From Azolla caroliniana (taxonomy: Eukaryota; Plantae; Polypodiophyta): a stretch of DNA of 64,000 bases. The notes beneath the pieces are model-generated. The model had not been told where the DNA came from. It was given only the letters and a program-made list of their open reading frames with translations, and made no database searches. Shown here piece by piece: positions 47,896-60,260 of the stretch; position 1 is the first letter of the stretch, and the number at the start of each line of letters is the position of its first letter. Location: NCBI GenBank assembly GCA_043228905.1, contig JBHGNT010000011.1, forward strand, positions 11,346,001 to 11,410,000, given 5' to 3'. The position numbers and the translations under genes were made by a program.

Positions 47896-50800
47896 TCATG
47901 TGTTCATGACACTATCCCTCCTTTGAGAACACCGAGTGGAAGTCGGCATTAACATTGTTGGGCCAGGATTGTTTGGATAATGACGATGGAAGTCGTTGAC
48001 CAGAGCTTCAACATGACAAACGTTATCGATGGGTTCCCAAGTGTGATCACTCGGAGGATAACCAAGCCAATCAATTAGATAATAAAGCTTATTGCGCACA
48101 ATCTTAGAATCGAGAATAGCAGCTACCTCGTATTCGGGGCCGTCCACAAGTTGTACAGAAGGCGGTGGTGGCACGACACGATCAGGAATTAAAGAGGTGC
48201 GGCAAGGTTCCAAAAGAGAGCTATGAAAGATAGGGTGAAGCCGCATATGTGCAGGAAGGTTAAGACGAAATGTTGCATCATTAATCTGCGCCGTGATGAC
48301 AAAAGGACCTAAGCGTTGATAGTCAAGCTTAGCACACGGTCGGGTAGTCTTGATGTGACGACGAAGCAACCATACACGGTCACCAACCTTAAACGGAGAC
48401 TTAAGACGATGTCGATCGGCATTGGTCTTATGGTGTGCTTGCGCTTTCTGAAGATGTGACGATAACTCGAACTGGATTTGTTGTAGTCGGTGGAGGTGAT
48501 GCGCCGCACTAGGGTTTCGTGACACCTCGGGAAGATCTAGTATACACCATCGAGGGTGGTTGTCGGTGTAGGCAAAGAAAGGTGTAACTTTGGTAGAAGA
48601 GTGGACCGTGTTGTTGTATGCAAACTCAGCAAGATGTAAAATTTTACTCCAATCATCTTGTTGATAACTAATGAAACATCGAAGATATTGCTCGAGCGTT
48701 TGATTTGTGCGCTCTGTTTGTCCGTCAGTTTGTGGATGATAAGCCGAAGAGAGTTTGCAAGAGATTTTGAGGCCTGCCCATAGGTGCTTCCAAAAGTGTG
48801 AGATAAATTCAGGACCTCGATCGCTAATAATATCATTCGGGAGACCATGATGGCGAAACACTTCACGCATAATGAGATCTGCAGTTGCTTCACTATTGAT
48901 GGTCTTTACACATGGTAGCAAATGTGCCATCTTGGTGAACCGATCCTCTACTGTTAAAATAGTATCAAAGCCTTTGGAAGGTGGCAGATCCATAATGAAA
49001 TCCATAGAAATACACTGCCATGGCTTGTTGGGAGGGGGTAATGGTTGTAGTAAGCCATAAGGGTGATGCCGGGGTATTTTGGCGCGACAACAGGTGTCAC
49101 AAGTGCGAACATAATCTTCGACAAATTTTTGCAAGTGAGGCCACCAAAACGAACGTTTCACCAGCTCAATGGTCTTGGAAATACCAAAATGTCCAGCCAT
49201 GGGGGCATCATGACAATGTTCCAACACTTGAAGTCGGGGTGATCCATCGGGGACGTAAAGGAGATTCTTGTAGAAGAGTAAACCATCTTGCCACTTGAAG
49301 TCCTTATAATGTTGAGATGACCCTGGCAATGTGGAGCAAGATGGACGACTTGAACCACAGTGGGCTAAGACATCCTTAGCAAAATCATCCGAATGAAGTT
49401 GTTGCCGAATAGTGTCAAGAAGGGTAGAATCAAGTGGTGTGGCATAAATTGTTGTTATGTGTAGCTTTGATAGCCCGAGGAGAGTTTGCTTTTGATTGTC
49501 AAAGGCCGGATCTCCAGGTCGAAGTGCTAGATACGAACGCCGAGACAGAGCATCTGCTTTCCCTTGTTGTTTTCCGGGGCGAAAAATGATCTTGAAATCG
49601 AAACGCGTTAGAAATTGGGCCCACCGAGCTTGTCGTCTATTTAATACTCGAGCTGTTTGAAAATATGTGAGATTTTTGTGATCACTATAAATGATAATCT
49701 GATGAGGTGATCCTTCTAGAAAATGACACCATTGCTCAAATGAGTCGACCACAACTAGTAACTCCTTGTCATGCAACTCATAGTTTATCTCCGAAACAGT
49801 AAACTTTCTCGAGTGAAACGCGACTGGATGTATCTGCCCGTCCTCGCTTGGTTGCGATAGGATACTCCCCAATGCAAAGTCGGATGCATCCGCCTTAATA
49901 GTAAATGGCTTTTCAGGATCAATATGTGCTAGGATGGGTGCTGATGTGAATGCCTCTTTTAGCTGCGTAAAAGCCTTGTCCGCTTCGATACTCCAAAAAA
50001 ATGCTTGATTTTTCTTGGTGAGTTGAGTAAGGGGCAACACAATGCTTGAATAATTATGTATGAATTTGCGATAGAAGTTCGCAAATCCGAGGAAACACTA
50101 GACATCCCGAACTGAGCATGGGGGTTTCCATTCCAATATTGTTTGGACTTTTGCCGGGTCCATGAAAACACCCTGGGATGAAATAGTGTATCCCAAAAAT
50201 TCGACTTGTTTGCAATCAAAACTGCATTTCTCAAGTTTGGCGTAAAGACCATACTTCCTTAGGCGTTCAAGTACTTGCCGCACATGTATATCATGCTCCC
50301 CCTGTGTTTTAGAGTAAATCAATAGATCATCTAGGTAGATGATTATAAAAATATCCAAGAAATCCCGGAAGATGTCATTTGCCATATGTTGGAATACGGC
50401 AGGTGCATTTGTGAGCCCGAAAGGCATGACTGTATACTCGAAATGACCATACCGAGTACGAAATGTTGTTTTCCACTCATCTCCTGGCCGAATTCGAACA
50501 AGATTATATGCACCCCTTAGATCAATTTTGGTAAAATGCTTTGCCCCACTAATGCGTTCTAAGAGATTGGAGATTAAAGGTAAAGCATACCTATTCCTTA
50601 TGGTCACTTTATTTAAGCCTCGATAGTCCACGACCAAACGAAGGGAACCGCCCTTTTTCTTCACAAAAAAGATAGGAGCACCAGCTGGAGGCTTTGAATG
50701 TCGAATAAACCCATGTGCAAGATTTTCCTCGATGTATTCTCGAAGAACCTCAAGCTCAGTGGGTGATAAATTGTAAATCGGACCCCATGGAAGCTCTTTT

Positions 50801-51525
50801 CCTGGTTGGAGATCTATAGAACAGTCGTACGGCCGATGCTTTGGAAGAACACTAGCTTTGACTTTGTCGAAAACATCAGCATAATCTTGATATTTTTTGG
50901 GAATTTGGATGTCTGAATTCCCTTGAGTGACACTAGAAGGTGTCACTGATACTGCAAATAAGAAAAGGTCCTCCTTGCCTCCCACTTGGTGCAATTGTTG
51001 CAATGTGATGGCTGAAATTTGATGAGAAGGATATGGTGCATCGGTAGAACTATATACTTTGGGAGGATAATCCCGAAATCGATCCTTGACAATGATATTT
51101 TCTGCTAAAGGGCACCTAATTTCTCGCTTCCTCCAATTGATTCTAGGGTTATGTAGCTCGAACCATGGCAAACCGAGGACAATTGGATGCTCAGGACTAC
51201 GGATTATGTTAAAGGAAACTACACATCCTAAATCACCCAAGAGTATGTGTATTGGCTCAGACTCTTCAAATATCTTCCCGGAAGCTATGGGGCGTCCATC
51301 AATCACTACTACGGAAACTGGACAAGGAAGTGTATGCAAGGATATTTGGTGTTTTTGGGCAAAATCTCTATCCATGAAACAAGAATTGGCTTCAGTATCT
51401 AAGAGGGCTTGGACTTGAAGTTGACAACTGGGTGTCCTAACTTGTACTAGGGCTGAGAAGACTCTACTAACATGCTTGGAAGAAATGGAACCCACACTAG
51501 GTTGTACATATCTAGGGTTGTCCAA
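47896..51525 (-). pseudogene. Tcn1 pol (PR-RT-RH-INT-chromodomain) with one in-frame TAG at 50098-50100
   Basis: Motifs ALLDTEA, MPFGLTNAPA, YLDD, DASD, SDRGPEF and the chromodomain EYEVAAILDS...YLIDWLGYPPSDHTWEP. The two ORFs are in the same frame. Confidence 0.92.
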
Positions 51526-52739
51526 CCAAATGGCTCCTATTTTGGCCGGACTTATTCGTTTGACTCCTGTTCTAATTGGCTTAGGACTTCAAATTTATTG
51601 GACAAGGGTGGATTATTCATAATATTAGATTCATTAACTGCTTCTAAAATGTTGGACTCATTTTTATTGTCATAGTGAATTTGATTTACCTGACGTCTCG
51701 GCCTACGAGAGCAATGAATGGCTATATATCCTGGACCTCCACAATATAAGCACAGATGGTTTGCTCGACGACGTTGCTTCTCTTCGTCTAACAACGGTCC
51801 TCGTCGTTGAGTCATATCGATCTCCATGGGTGTAGGACTATCCATTGGGACTGGACTACGTGTTTGCCTTGGAGTTGGAGCAGGGCTATACATTTGCCTT
51901 GGGGATGATTGCGTCGTTACTGATGCATAAGTTGGTGTGAATCTAGATCTTGTTATTTATTGTTGTCGCTCACATCGACGCTCAAAAAGGCGATTATCAC
52001 ACCGTATTGCTCAACTAATAGCTTCTGTAAGTGACCTTGGATCCTCGGGGAAGGTAAGAAGTCTTTGACATCACTACGAAGGCCTGAACGGAATTGCTCC
52101 ATTAGGGCTTGTTCATCCCAAGGAATATCGCTTGCGATGAGACGGAAATTGGCAGCATATGTTGAAGCTGGTTGATCACCTTGACGAAGTGTACGAATCT
52201 TGTTGATAGTTGTTCTCGCCCCATCAGTATCTCCGAAACAAGCCTTAAATTCCTTGATAAATTCCTTGAAATTATTCAGTAGAGGAGAATTGGTCTCTAG
52301 CAATGGAGCAAACCACGACAACGCTATGCCAGTCAATAAAGTGCCCACTAGCCCAACTCGTGATGCATCTGTTGGATAACGTGCGGGACGCATTTGAATC
52401 ACCAACCGTACTTGATTCAAAAAACCTCGGAAATGCGCCCTCGACCCATCAAATTTAGCTGGGAGGTTAATTTTGGGCTCCTTGATAAGTCCCTGACCTT
52501 CAACCCTTTGTTGTTGTAACACTACGATTGTCGACTCTAACTGTTGCACTCATCGCGTGAATTCCTCTTGTTGTTGTTGCTTCTCTATAGTAACCTTTTG
52601 TAGATCCCCAAGTAGACGTTGATTCTCTACTTCAAGATATGTGAACTTGGATTTAAGATTCTCCATTTCTGCAACAAGGGTGAGATATTCTTCTGAGTTA
52701 ATGGCAACCATGGTTTCAGGATGGTTACAAAGGAGGATA

Positions 52740-52770
<31 letters not shown>

Positions 52771-53000
52771 GAATCAAACTGTCAGAACCAAGGATAAAAG
52801 ATAGAGTGATGGAAGAAAGATATTAGAGAACACGAGAAGAAAGGAACCAAATACTAAGAGAAGCATGGATGTATAAGATAGAGAAAGAAAGAGAATGGAT
52901 ACAAGATATGTAATGACAGCTAAAGACTAGTGTTGATTCGAATTGATTTGAGAATACATGTATGCCCTTATTTATAGGTTCCTATAGAATAGCCTAGAGA

Positions 53001-53083
53001 TTTCTAGAATGTTCTAGAATGTTCTAGACCTAGAATGCTCTAGAACATTCTAGAACATTCTAGAACATTCTAGAATAATCTAG
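53001..53083. promoter_or_regulatory. Heat-shock-element-like array in the Tcn1 LTR U3 (second copy 47688-47760)
   Basis: Tandem 10-mers TTCTAGAATG/TTCTAGAACA give alternating nGAAn/nTTCn units just upstream of the minus-strand TATAAAT (52970-52976). Confidence 0.7.
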
Positions 53084-53305
53084 AGTTTTTACAATAATCA
53101 ATGTAATACAAGAAGTAGCTTTTATTGTTTCATATAACAATAAGCTATCTTAATGGTTGAGGTTTTCAAGTATGGATTACAAGGTTCGAGGTTCAAGTCT
53201 GGGTGATGCCATAATGGTCATGTTTTCATGACATTGCCAATCTTCTCGTCGGGGCCAAGGAGCCCACACACCCTGAGACGTTCCTCTGCCCGTTTCTTTT
53301 CTCGG

Positions 53306-53638
53306 CTGCTAATGCCGGTTATCGTACAACCTCCGTTGTCATAGAACCAAAATTTCCTACCTATGGTACACGTGTGGGGATCTCCGGGGTGTCTGAACTA
53401 TCGCGGTGTCGTGTATTTCAACGTGTGCATGTAGAATAAGGCGGGACCACGGGGGCCTCTGCTAATGCCGGTTATCGTACAACCTCCGTTGTCATAGAAC
53501 CAAAATATCCTACCTATGGTACACATGTGGGGATCTCTGGGGTGTCTGAACTATCGCGGTGTCGTGTATTTCAGCGTGTGCGTGTAGAATAAGGCAGGAC
53601 CACGGGGACCTCAGACTAGGGAGTAGATGGGAAGACGG
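53306..53638 (-). repeat. U5 end of another family LTR (element I, from 53407) plus a ~153-bp tandem duplication spanning the H/I junction
   Basis: CTGCTAATGCCGG...GGACCACGGGG occurs at 53306 and 53459. TGTCGTGTATTTC...GGACCACGGGG is the reverse complement of the family U5 end. Confidence 0.75.
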
Positions 53639-56600
53639 TGTCGTGAAGAAAACCATCCCCAGGTGCAAACCGTGGATAGCGTGTGTGAACCGGCCCTTAC
53701 ACGTAGGCACGCCCCTTGTTGTATAGTAGATAGGTAGGCACAAAAGTCGAATCCTAGGTAGCAATATTCTATAGAGACAATTAATTTGATTCAAACGGGT
53801 GAAACGACCTCCCTCCTTGAGCTATAAAAGAGAGGGAGATGGGGAGAGAAGGGGGAGGGGCGCTAGAGGGGACGAAGTGTTGTTGGACTGGGACCGAGCT
53901 CTTCTTCTCTGTCGTTCTCCATAGCTTTCTTTTGCACAGGTTCTTGAGAGGCTAATTCTGCTCTGTCGAACGCCCGTGTGCTTCCGAAAGAATCTCCATC
54001 TTGCTCCCCTGTGTGCGTGGGTGATCAGGCGTCGGCATCCATCTCGCCGACCTGATCAGCTGTAACCGTTCGAGTCCTCTGCATACATACATATATTCAT
54101 ATACATACACTAGTGTTCTCATACTCTATCTCCTGTTCAACTTGTGTCTCCTGTGTTGTTGGGCCGCGTTCCCGTACGCTTCTTTGTCTATACATGTGTG
54201 AGCGTGTTTCTCTCTCTCCCTTTTCTCACCTATTCCTCGGTCCAAGACCCCAGTGGTCCCGCCTTGTTCTCCACGCACGCGCGTAACAACGCGACATCTT
54301 TTTGGTGAACCCGACGTGAACAGGCGGCAGAGGAGTAGAAGATGAGGGGGTCGGACCTTGCAGAAGCCATGGCTTCGGCTGTGGACCGTATAGTGAGTGC
54401 GCGCGAAGGCACCGACGCACTTGATAGGGCTATCGAGGCGGTTGTCGGTACGATCGGCCGGTTTAGTGGGAAGGATGACACGAGCTACTTGGCGTCCTAC
54501 CGGGCTGAGATGGTAATGAGGGACATTCCGGAAGAGAGGCGTCTAGCCGGATTCCCTCGAGTGCCGATGCCGGGCATCCATACGGAGGTGCTCGAGGTAC
54601 GGGCCGAGAGCCGGACCTGGGAGGAGTTCGAAGGTCGGCTCCTCGAAAAATACGGGCTTGAAGATGCGCTTCGACTTTCGAAGCGGGACTTCATGGAGTG
54701 GGTGGAGACCCCCGACAAAGGAAGGAACACGTCGGTGCTCCTCCGGGAGTTTGAGGAACGCTTCGTGCGCCTCTCATTGCTTGACCGGACCATTCTGAAC
54801 ACGAGTCGTGTCCTATTGTTTGTTAAGTCAGTTGACGAGCGGGATTGGGAGCAAGTAGGCCTCCTATTGGAGACTGATGACGGGCTGACGGCCGACTGGG
54901 CCGTGGTGAAGAGGGTCTGTGGCCGTTTTGACAAACGGAGGGAATGGGTTGACAAAGGATCGATAGGGGTGGGCTCTGTCGCAACAAGGAAGCTCGAGCC
55001 AACACCACCAATGCGAAGGGAAGAGACCCGAGATTGGCTCGAGACCAGATCGGCTTCGACCGGCATGGTCAAGGGCTCGTCCGGGGGAGTAGCTCTGGAG
55101 GAACTGACGCGGATGGTAAAGGATCTCCAAATCGCCCAGGCACGGAGGGACGGTGGCGAACAGGGCCGTGACCGATGACCTCTAGCTGGAAACAGGTGCA
55201 TGTGGTGTGACGCGGTTGGCCACATCCGAAAGGACTGCGGGGACTTCGCCGAGGCGATGAGAAGCAACGTGGTGTACCTGTGGAACGGTCGGGTGCACGC
55301 CAGTGAGACCCGAAGGGCCCTGAACCTGAACGCCGAGCGAGGAGGTATGAAAAGGCTGATGGAGGAGGCGGCGGCTCGTCACGCGGAGACCATCCACTAC
55401 TCGGCGTCAGCTGGTATTGGAGTCGGAGGTGGCAAGGCCCCGAAGACGAACAAAGTTGGGTTCTGGCCGACAATGCTAGAAGGCCTCGCCGGCGCACAAC
55501 TAAGGAAAGAAGAGGCGGACCGCGCGGAAAAACGGGTCCGGGAGGTAACCGGGTGGAGTGACTCGGTGGAAGAAAAGACGGGCTTCGTCGAAGCCGCTTG
55601 TCAAAACTACGAGGCTATGGTGGAGGACAAGCGGGTAGGGAAAACCAGAGGGGCCGGGCCCTCGCAACGATATGAAACTCGATTCGGGCAAAGGCGGAAT
55701 GAGGCCGGTGTAACCGGCGCCCAGGATAATCCCAAGAGGGGCATGTACCGGTTGGGCACAAAAATCGAAAGATCCACGGACCTGCGAAAGGTCCTGGAAG
55801 AACGAATCCTCGACAGCAAGGTGGAACTGTCGCTGAGGGAAGTGCTCGGGATCGCCAAGAAGGAGTTCCACGACTCCATCGTAGACTTGGTGAAGAGGAA
55901 GAGGCTGTCGACGGAGACAGAACCGGAGAAGCCGGTGGAGGTGCGGACGACGCACATAGAGGACATGGCGCTGGAAGACGAGTTGGCGGAGAGTCACTAT
56001 TCGAGGCCGCACTGGGCCAGAGCGACCACGGAGACCCCCGTGAAGATCGGAGATGTTCATGAACCGGTGGTGGCATTGGTGGACCACGGTTCAGAAATCA
56101 ATTTGATGTCCATGGACTTCTACAAGAAGGGGAAATGGCCGATCAACACCAAGCACGGGTGGAAAATACGGGCAGCGACGCGTGGCACCGAAGAACTGCA
56201 TGGAGCCTGCCCGAATGTACGAGTAAAGATCGGCGAGGTCGAGATTGACCAACACTTCTTCATGCAGGAGACGTCCTCACATCCGGTTATACTAGTAGAA
56301 CCGTACATCACGGCAGCACGGATGGAGACCAAGGTGCTGGACAATGGCTCGGCCTATGCAAGGGTCAAGAGCCAGGATGGGCGTCACTCAGTCCAGTTCC
56401 TGACGGTGAGACCGAACCATGAGTGGAACCGCGAGACCCTCGGGGGCGAAAGCCGAGAGGATTTTTAAAGAGGGCTATCAAGGCGTGGGGCCACGATAGT
56501 CCGAACACTCCGGGAAAACCCCACAAGTGTGCGATAGCGAAGAAGACCTATACTATAAGTAGGAAATTTTCATTCTCTGACAATGGGGGTTGTGCGATAG

Positions 56601-59600
56601 TCGACGTCGTTGGCCGGAAGAAGAAAAGGGCGGAGGAGCGACTTCGGGCATGTGGTATCCTCGGCCCTGGAGAGGAAATCAACGGAGCCGTGGAGGCGGT
56701 CTCTTTCGACGATACCTTGGGGGAGCTGCGAGAGGTAGCCGGAGGAGTCCTTAAAGAGGACCGGACGATTCCGGTATGTTCAGAAAGTATGTACGAAGTC
56801 ATCGCGGACTTCAGTAGAGGGCTCGAGTCGGATCGGACGGCCCGGGTGGGCACGAGGTACAAGACTGTGGACTGGAAGGTGAGGCCAATCGCGGCTCCCT
56901 TGCCGGAGGGCAGCGAGTTGCGAATAAAGGGGGTTGCGTCGGACCCGAGTTTACGAAATCCGGCCCGCATAGGACACACGTTCACCGACATAACGCTACG
57001 TGAGCTCAAAATCGGTGGGGGCGGCTTCCTACTGCTGGCGGAAGAGGACCGGTTTCGGGGAATGCTCGGAAGGCACGGGAAGGCTTTCGCATTCTCACCG
57101 GAGGAGATTGGGTGCGTAGACCTAATAGTGGTGGAACCGATGGTGATATTCACGGTACCACATGTGCCGTGGAGTCTCAAACCGATTCCAGTACCCAGAG
57201 CTCACATCCCGAAGCTGATGGAGCTGATAAAGCAGAAGGTCGAGATGGGCATCCTCGAACCGTCGAGTGCCCCATACTCGAATCGGTGGTTTACCGTGCC
57301 GAAGAAGGACGGCACGCTGCGCTTTATTCAAGACCTGCAGCCGGTCAACAAGGTGACCATTCGAAACGCAGGAATCGGACCGACAATAGACGAGTTCGCG
57401 GAGGCCTTCGCCAGAAGGTCAATTTACTCGGTCGGTGATCTCTACTCGGGGTACGATCAGTTCCAACTAGCCATAGAGAGCAGAGACATCACGACAATGT
57501 GAACTCCTCTCGGCCTAGTACGGATGTGTACCCTACTGCAAGGAGGGACGAACTCGGTGGCACACATGGTGAACGCAATGAACAAGGTGCTGAGGGATTG
57601 TATCCCAGACATCACCATGCCGTTTTTGGACGACGTCCCAATCAAGGGATGCCCCGTGGAGGAAAAGGACGAGACGATCGGACCGGACGGGTGCCGGAAA
57701 TTTGTGGCGACGCACATTGATGACTACGAGAAGGTGCTGCAGAGGTTAGAGGGCGCGAGGCTCACCTTCTCCGGGGGAAAATCGGCCTTCGGGCAATCAG
57801 AGATCATGGTCGTTGGACACCTATGCGGGTCGTACGGCCGGAAACCGTCTCTGGCTAAGGTAGAAGCCATCTCCGTGATGAAGCACGACTGTAGCTCGGT
57901 CACGGAGGTTCGGAGGTTCTTGGGAGCATGCGCGTTCTACCACATATGGATCCCGCATTACGCCCACGTTGCGGAGCCATTATACGGGTTGCTGAAAAAG
58001 GGGCGAAAATTCGAGTGGAGAGACGAGCATACGGAGTCTGTCCGAAAGATGAAGGAAACACTTGCCCCAGCTCCAGCGCTCCGAAAGGTTGTCTACGGAA
58101 AGAACACTCCAATTTACGTAACAGTAGACACGAGTCCGACCGGGATCAGATGGGTCGTCAACCAAGAGGACGAGGATGGCATGCGTTTCCCGATCCGGTT
58201 CAGTGCAAAGGTCCTCAGCGAGCGACAGCGAGGATACGCCCAGGTTAAACGCGAGCTCTGGAGTATCATTTCGGCGGTAAAGGCCGATAAAGACTACCTG
58301 ATCAGGACAGAGGTAATTATCGAGACGGACTGCCTGCCAATTCTTGGCATGGTTTCCGGATGCGCGACGCCGGACTTGGCAATGCTCAGGTGGATAGCGT
58401 ACATCAAGTCCCTGAATTCGGAAATACGACACATTTCCGGGAAAGACAATGCCATGGCCGACATGCTTTCAAGGGCGAGGTTCGAAAACGAGGACGGCAT
58501 GGTTTCGGAGGACGAGGAAGTCGGTGTGGACTTCTTCGAGGCGGCTTACGTAACAACCGGTAGGGAATGCACTCCAACGCTTAACGATTTTGACGAGAGC
58601 AAGTACAACGGGCAGTGGTTGCAGATCGGCGGGTTCCTGAAAACAATGACACCGGACGCGGCATGGACAAAGGATGATGCCAACCGGATTCAGAAGAAAG
58701 CGTACCGATTCTTTCTCCGGGACGGGTACATCTGGAAGCACCCGAAGAAGAGGACCGACATCCCGCTCCGAGTGGTGGCGAGGAAGGAGGAACAGGAGGA
58801 TTTGCTAGTGGCATACCACGATAGTCCTTGGGCTGGACACCGTGGAACGTGGGCCACGTTCGAAAAGCTAAAGGGGAAGTACTGGTGGTCGGGACTATAC
58901 CGGGACGTGCATCGGTTCGTGACAACTTGCGAAAGCTGTCAGATGCACTCCATGATCTGACACCGGGATGAGCTTCACCCGACCTACCCTCCGACCCTCC
59001 ACTTCAAGTGGATGGTGGATTTGGTGACGATGCCAATGGGGGTAGGACAGATGCGATATCTGGTGATGCGATATCTGGTGCTGGCTCGGGAGGATCTAAC
59101 GAACCAGGTTGAAGGCCGAGCCCTGCAGAACAAGACGACTGCAGCCGTGTGCCGGTTTTTGATTGAGGACGTGGTATGTCGATACAGGTGCGTAGGGAAG
59201 ATCGTGGCTGACCGTGGTGAGTTGGACGCAGAAGAGGCCGAAGAGTTGTTCGACCGGCTAGGAGTCAAACTTTCGCTCAGCACAGCGTACAATCCGGAGG
59301 CGAACGGGAAGGTAGAGCGCAGACACGGGCCGATTGTCAAAGTACTAGTACGGGCGTGCGGAGGCCAAGTCGGGAACTGGCCACGGCTGCTACCTTATGC
59401 CTTGTGGGTGGACCGGACTACGCACACTTCGGTAACCGGGTTCATGCCGGCAGAGCTTATGTTCGAACAGAAGCCGATCATGCCAACAGAGCGAACGATC
59501 TCCTCGTGGGCCACGGTGGACTGGAAGGATGAGATGAGCCGGGAGGAACTGTTGGCAGCGCTAGATTCGACAGCTCGAACAGAGGCCGGAGGACGTAGAG

Positions 59601-60260
59601 CGAGCCGCGGAGAAACTTCGGGAAGCAAGGATAAGGAACAAAGCCCGGTTCGACCGAACACACCGGCTCCGGCCAAGGAAGATCGAGGAAGGCGACTGGG
59701 TGCTAGTCAATGACAGCAGCCTCGACAATCAGCACAGGGCCATGTGGAAGTTTGCGAGGAGGTGGTTCGGGCCTTACGTAGTAACAGGCGCCAACGACAA
59801 TGGAATGTACCATCTCACGGAGCTCGACGGTACGAGAATGGCGATACCGGTAGCGGGGAAGAGGATCAAAGCGTTCAAGAAACGACACGACGGTGAGCCG
59901 GAGCTAGGGGGCATGGACAACAACGACGAGCAGCCCGAGGCGGAGGACGAACCGGTAAACGAGGAATAAAAGCAAGGACCAGTTTTCTCCAGTAGGATCC
60001 CAATTTTGGCGCATACCGGTGGATGCGCGGTTAGGTGGGGGCGGATGTCGTGAAGAAAACCGTCCCCAGGCGCAAACCGTGTATAGCATGTGTGAACCGG
60101 CCCTTACACGTGGGCACGCCCCTTGTATAGTAGATAGGTGGGCACAAAAGTCGAATCCTAGGTAGCAATATTCTATAGAGAGAATTAATGTGATGTAAAC
60201 GGGTGAAACGCCCTTGAGCTATAAAAGAGAGGGAGACAGGGAGAGAAGGGGGGGGCGCGC
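53639..60260 (+). mobile_element. Autonomous-type Gypsy element F of the A family, inactivated by stops; 3' LTR interrupted by E
   Basis: 5' LTR 53639-54296. Trp PBS at 54303. gag-PR 54342-56468 (TGA 55176). pol 56459-59969 (TGA 57500 and 58958, late frameshift). 3' LTR from 60046. Confidence 0.93.

Larger units (their letters stand above)
47467..53233 (-). mobile_element. Full-length Ty3/Gypsy chromovirus, Tcn1-like
   Basis: LTRs at 47467-47911 and 52780-53233. TSD TTGCC. PPT next to 47912. gag (52710-51552, one stop and a frameshift) and pol with YLDD RT, RH, INT and chromodomain. Confidence 0.95.
42496..53406 (-). mobile_element. Degenerate autonomous Gypsy element H of the A family (3' LTR 42496-43208, pol fragments to 53406)
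   Basis: Minus-strand ORFs 43321-43659, 44958-45852 and 46049-47461 are close homologues of A pol. It is split by insertions at 43917, 47467 and 53407. Confidence 0.88.
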
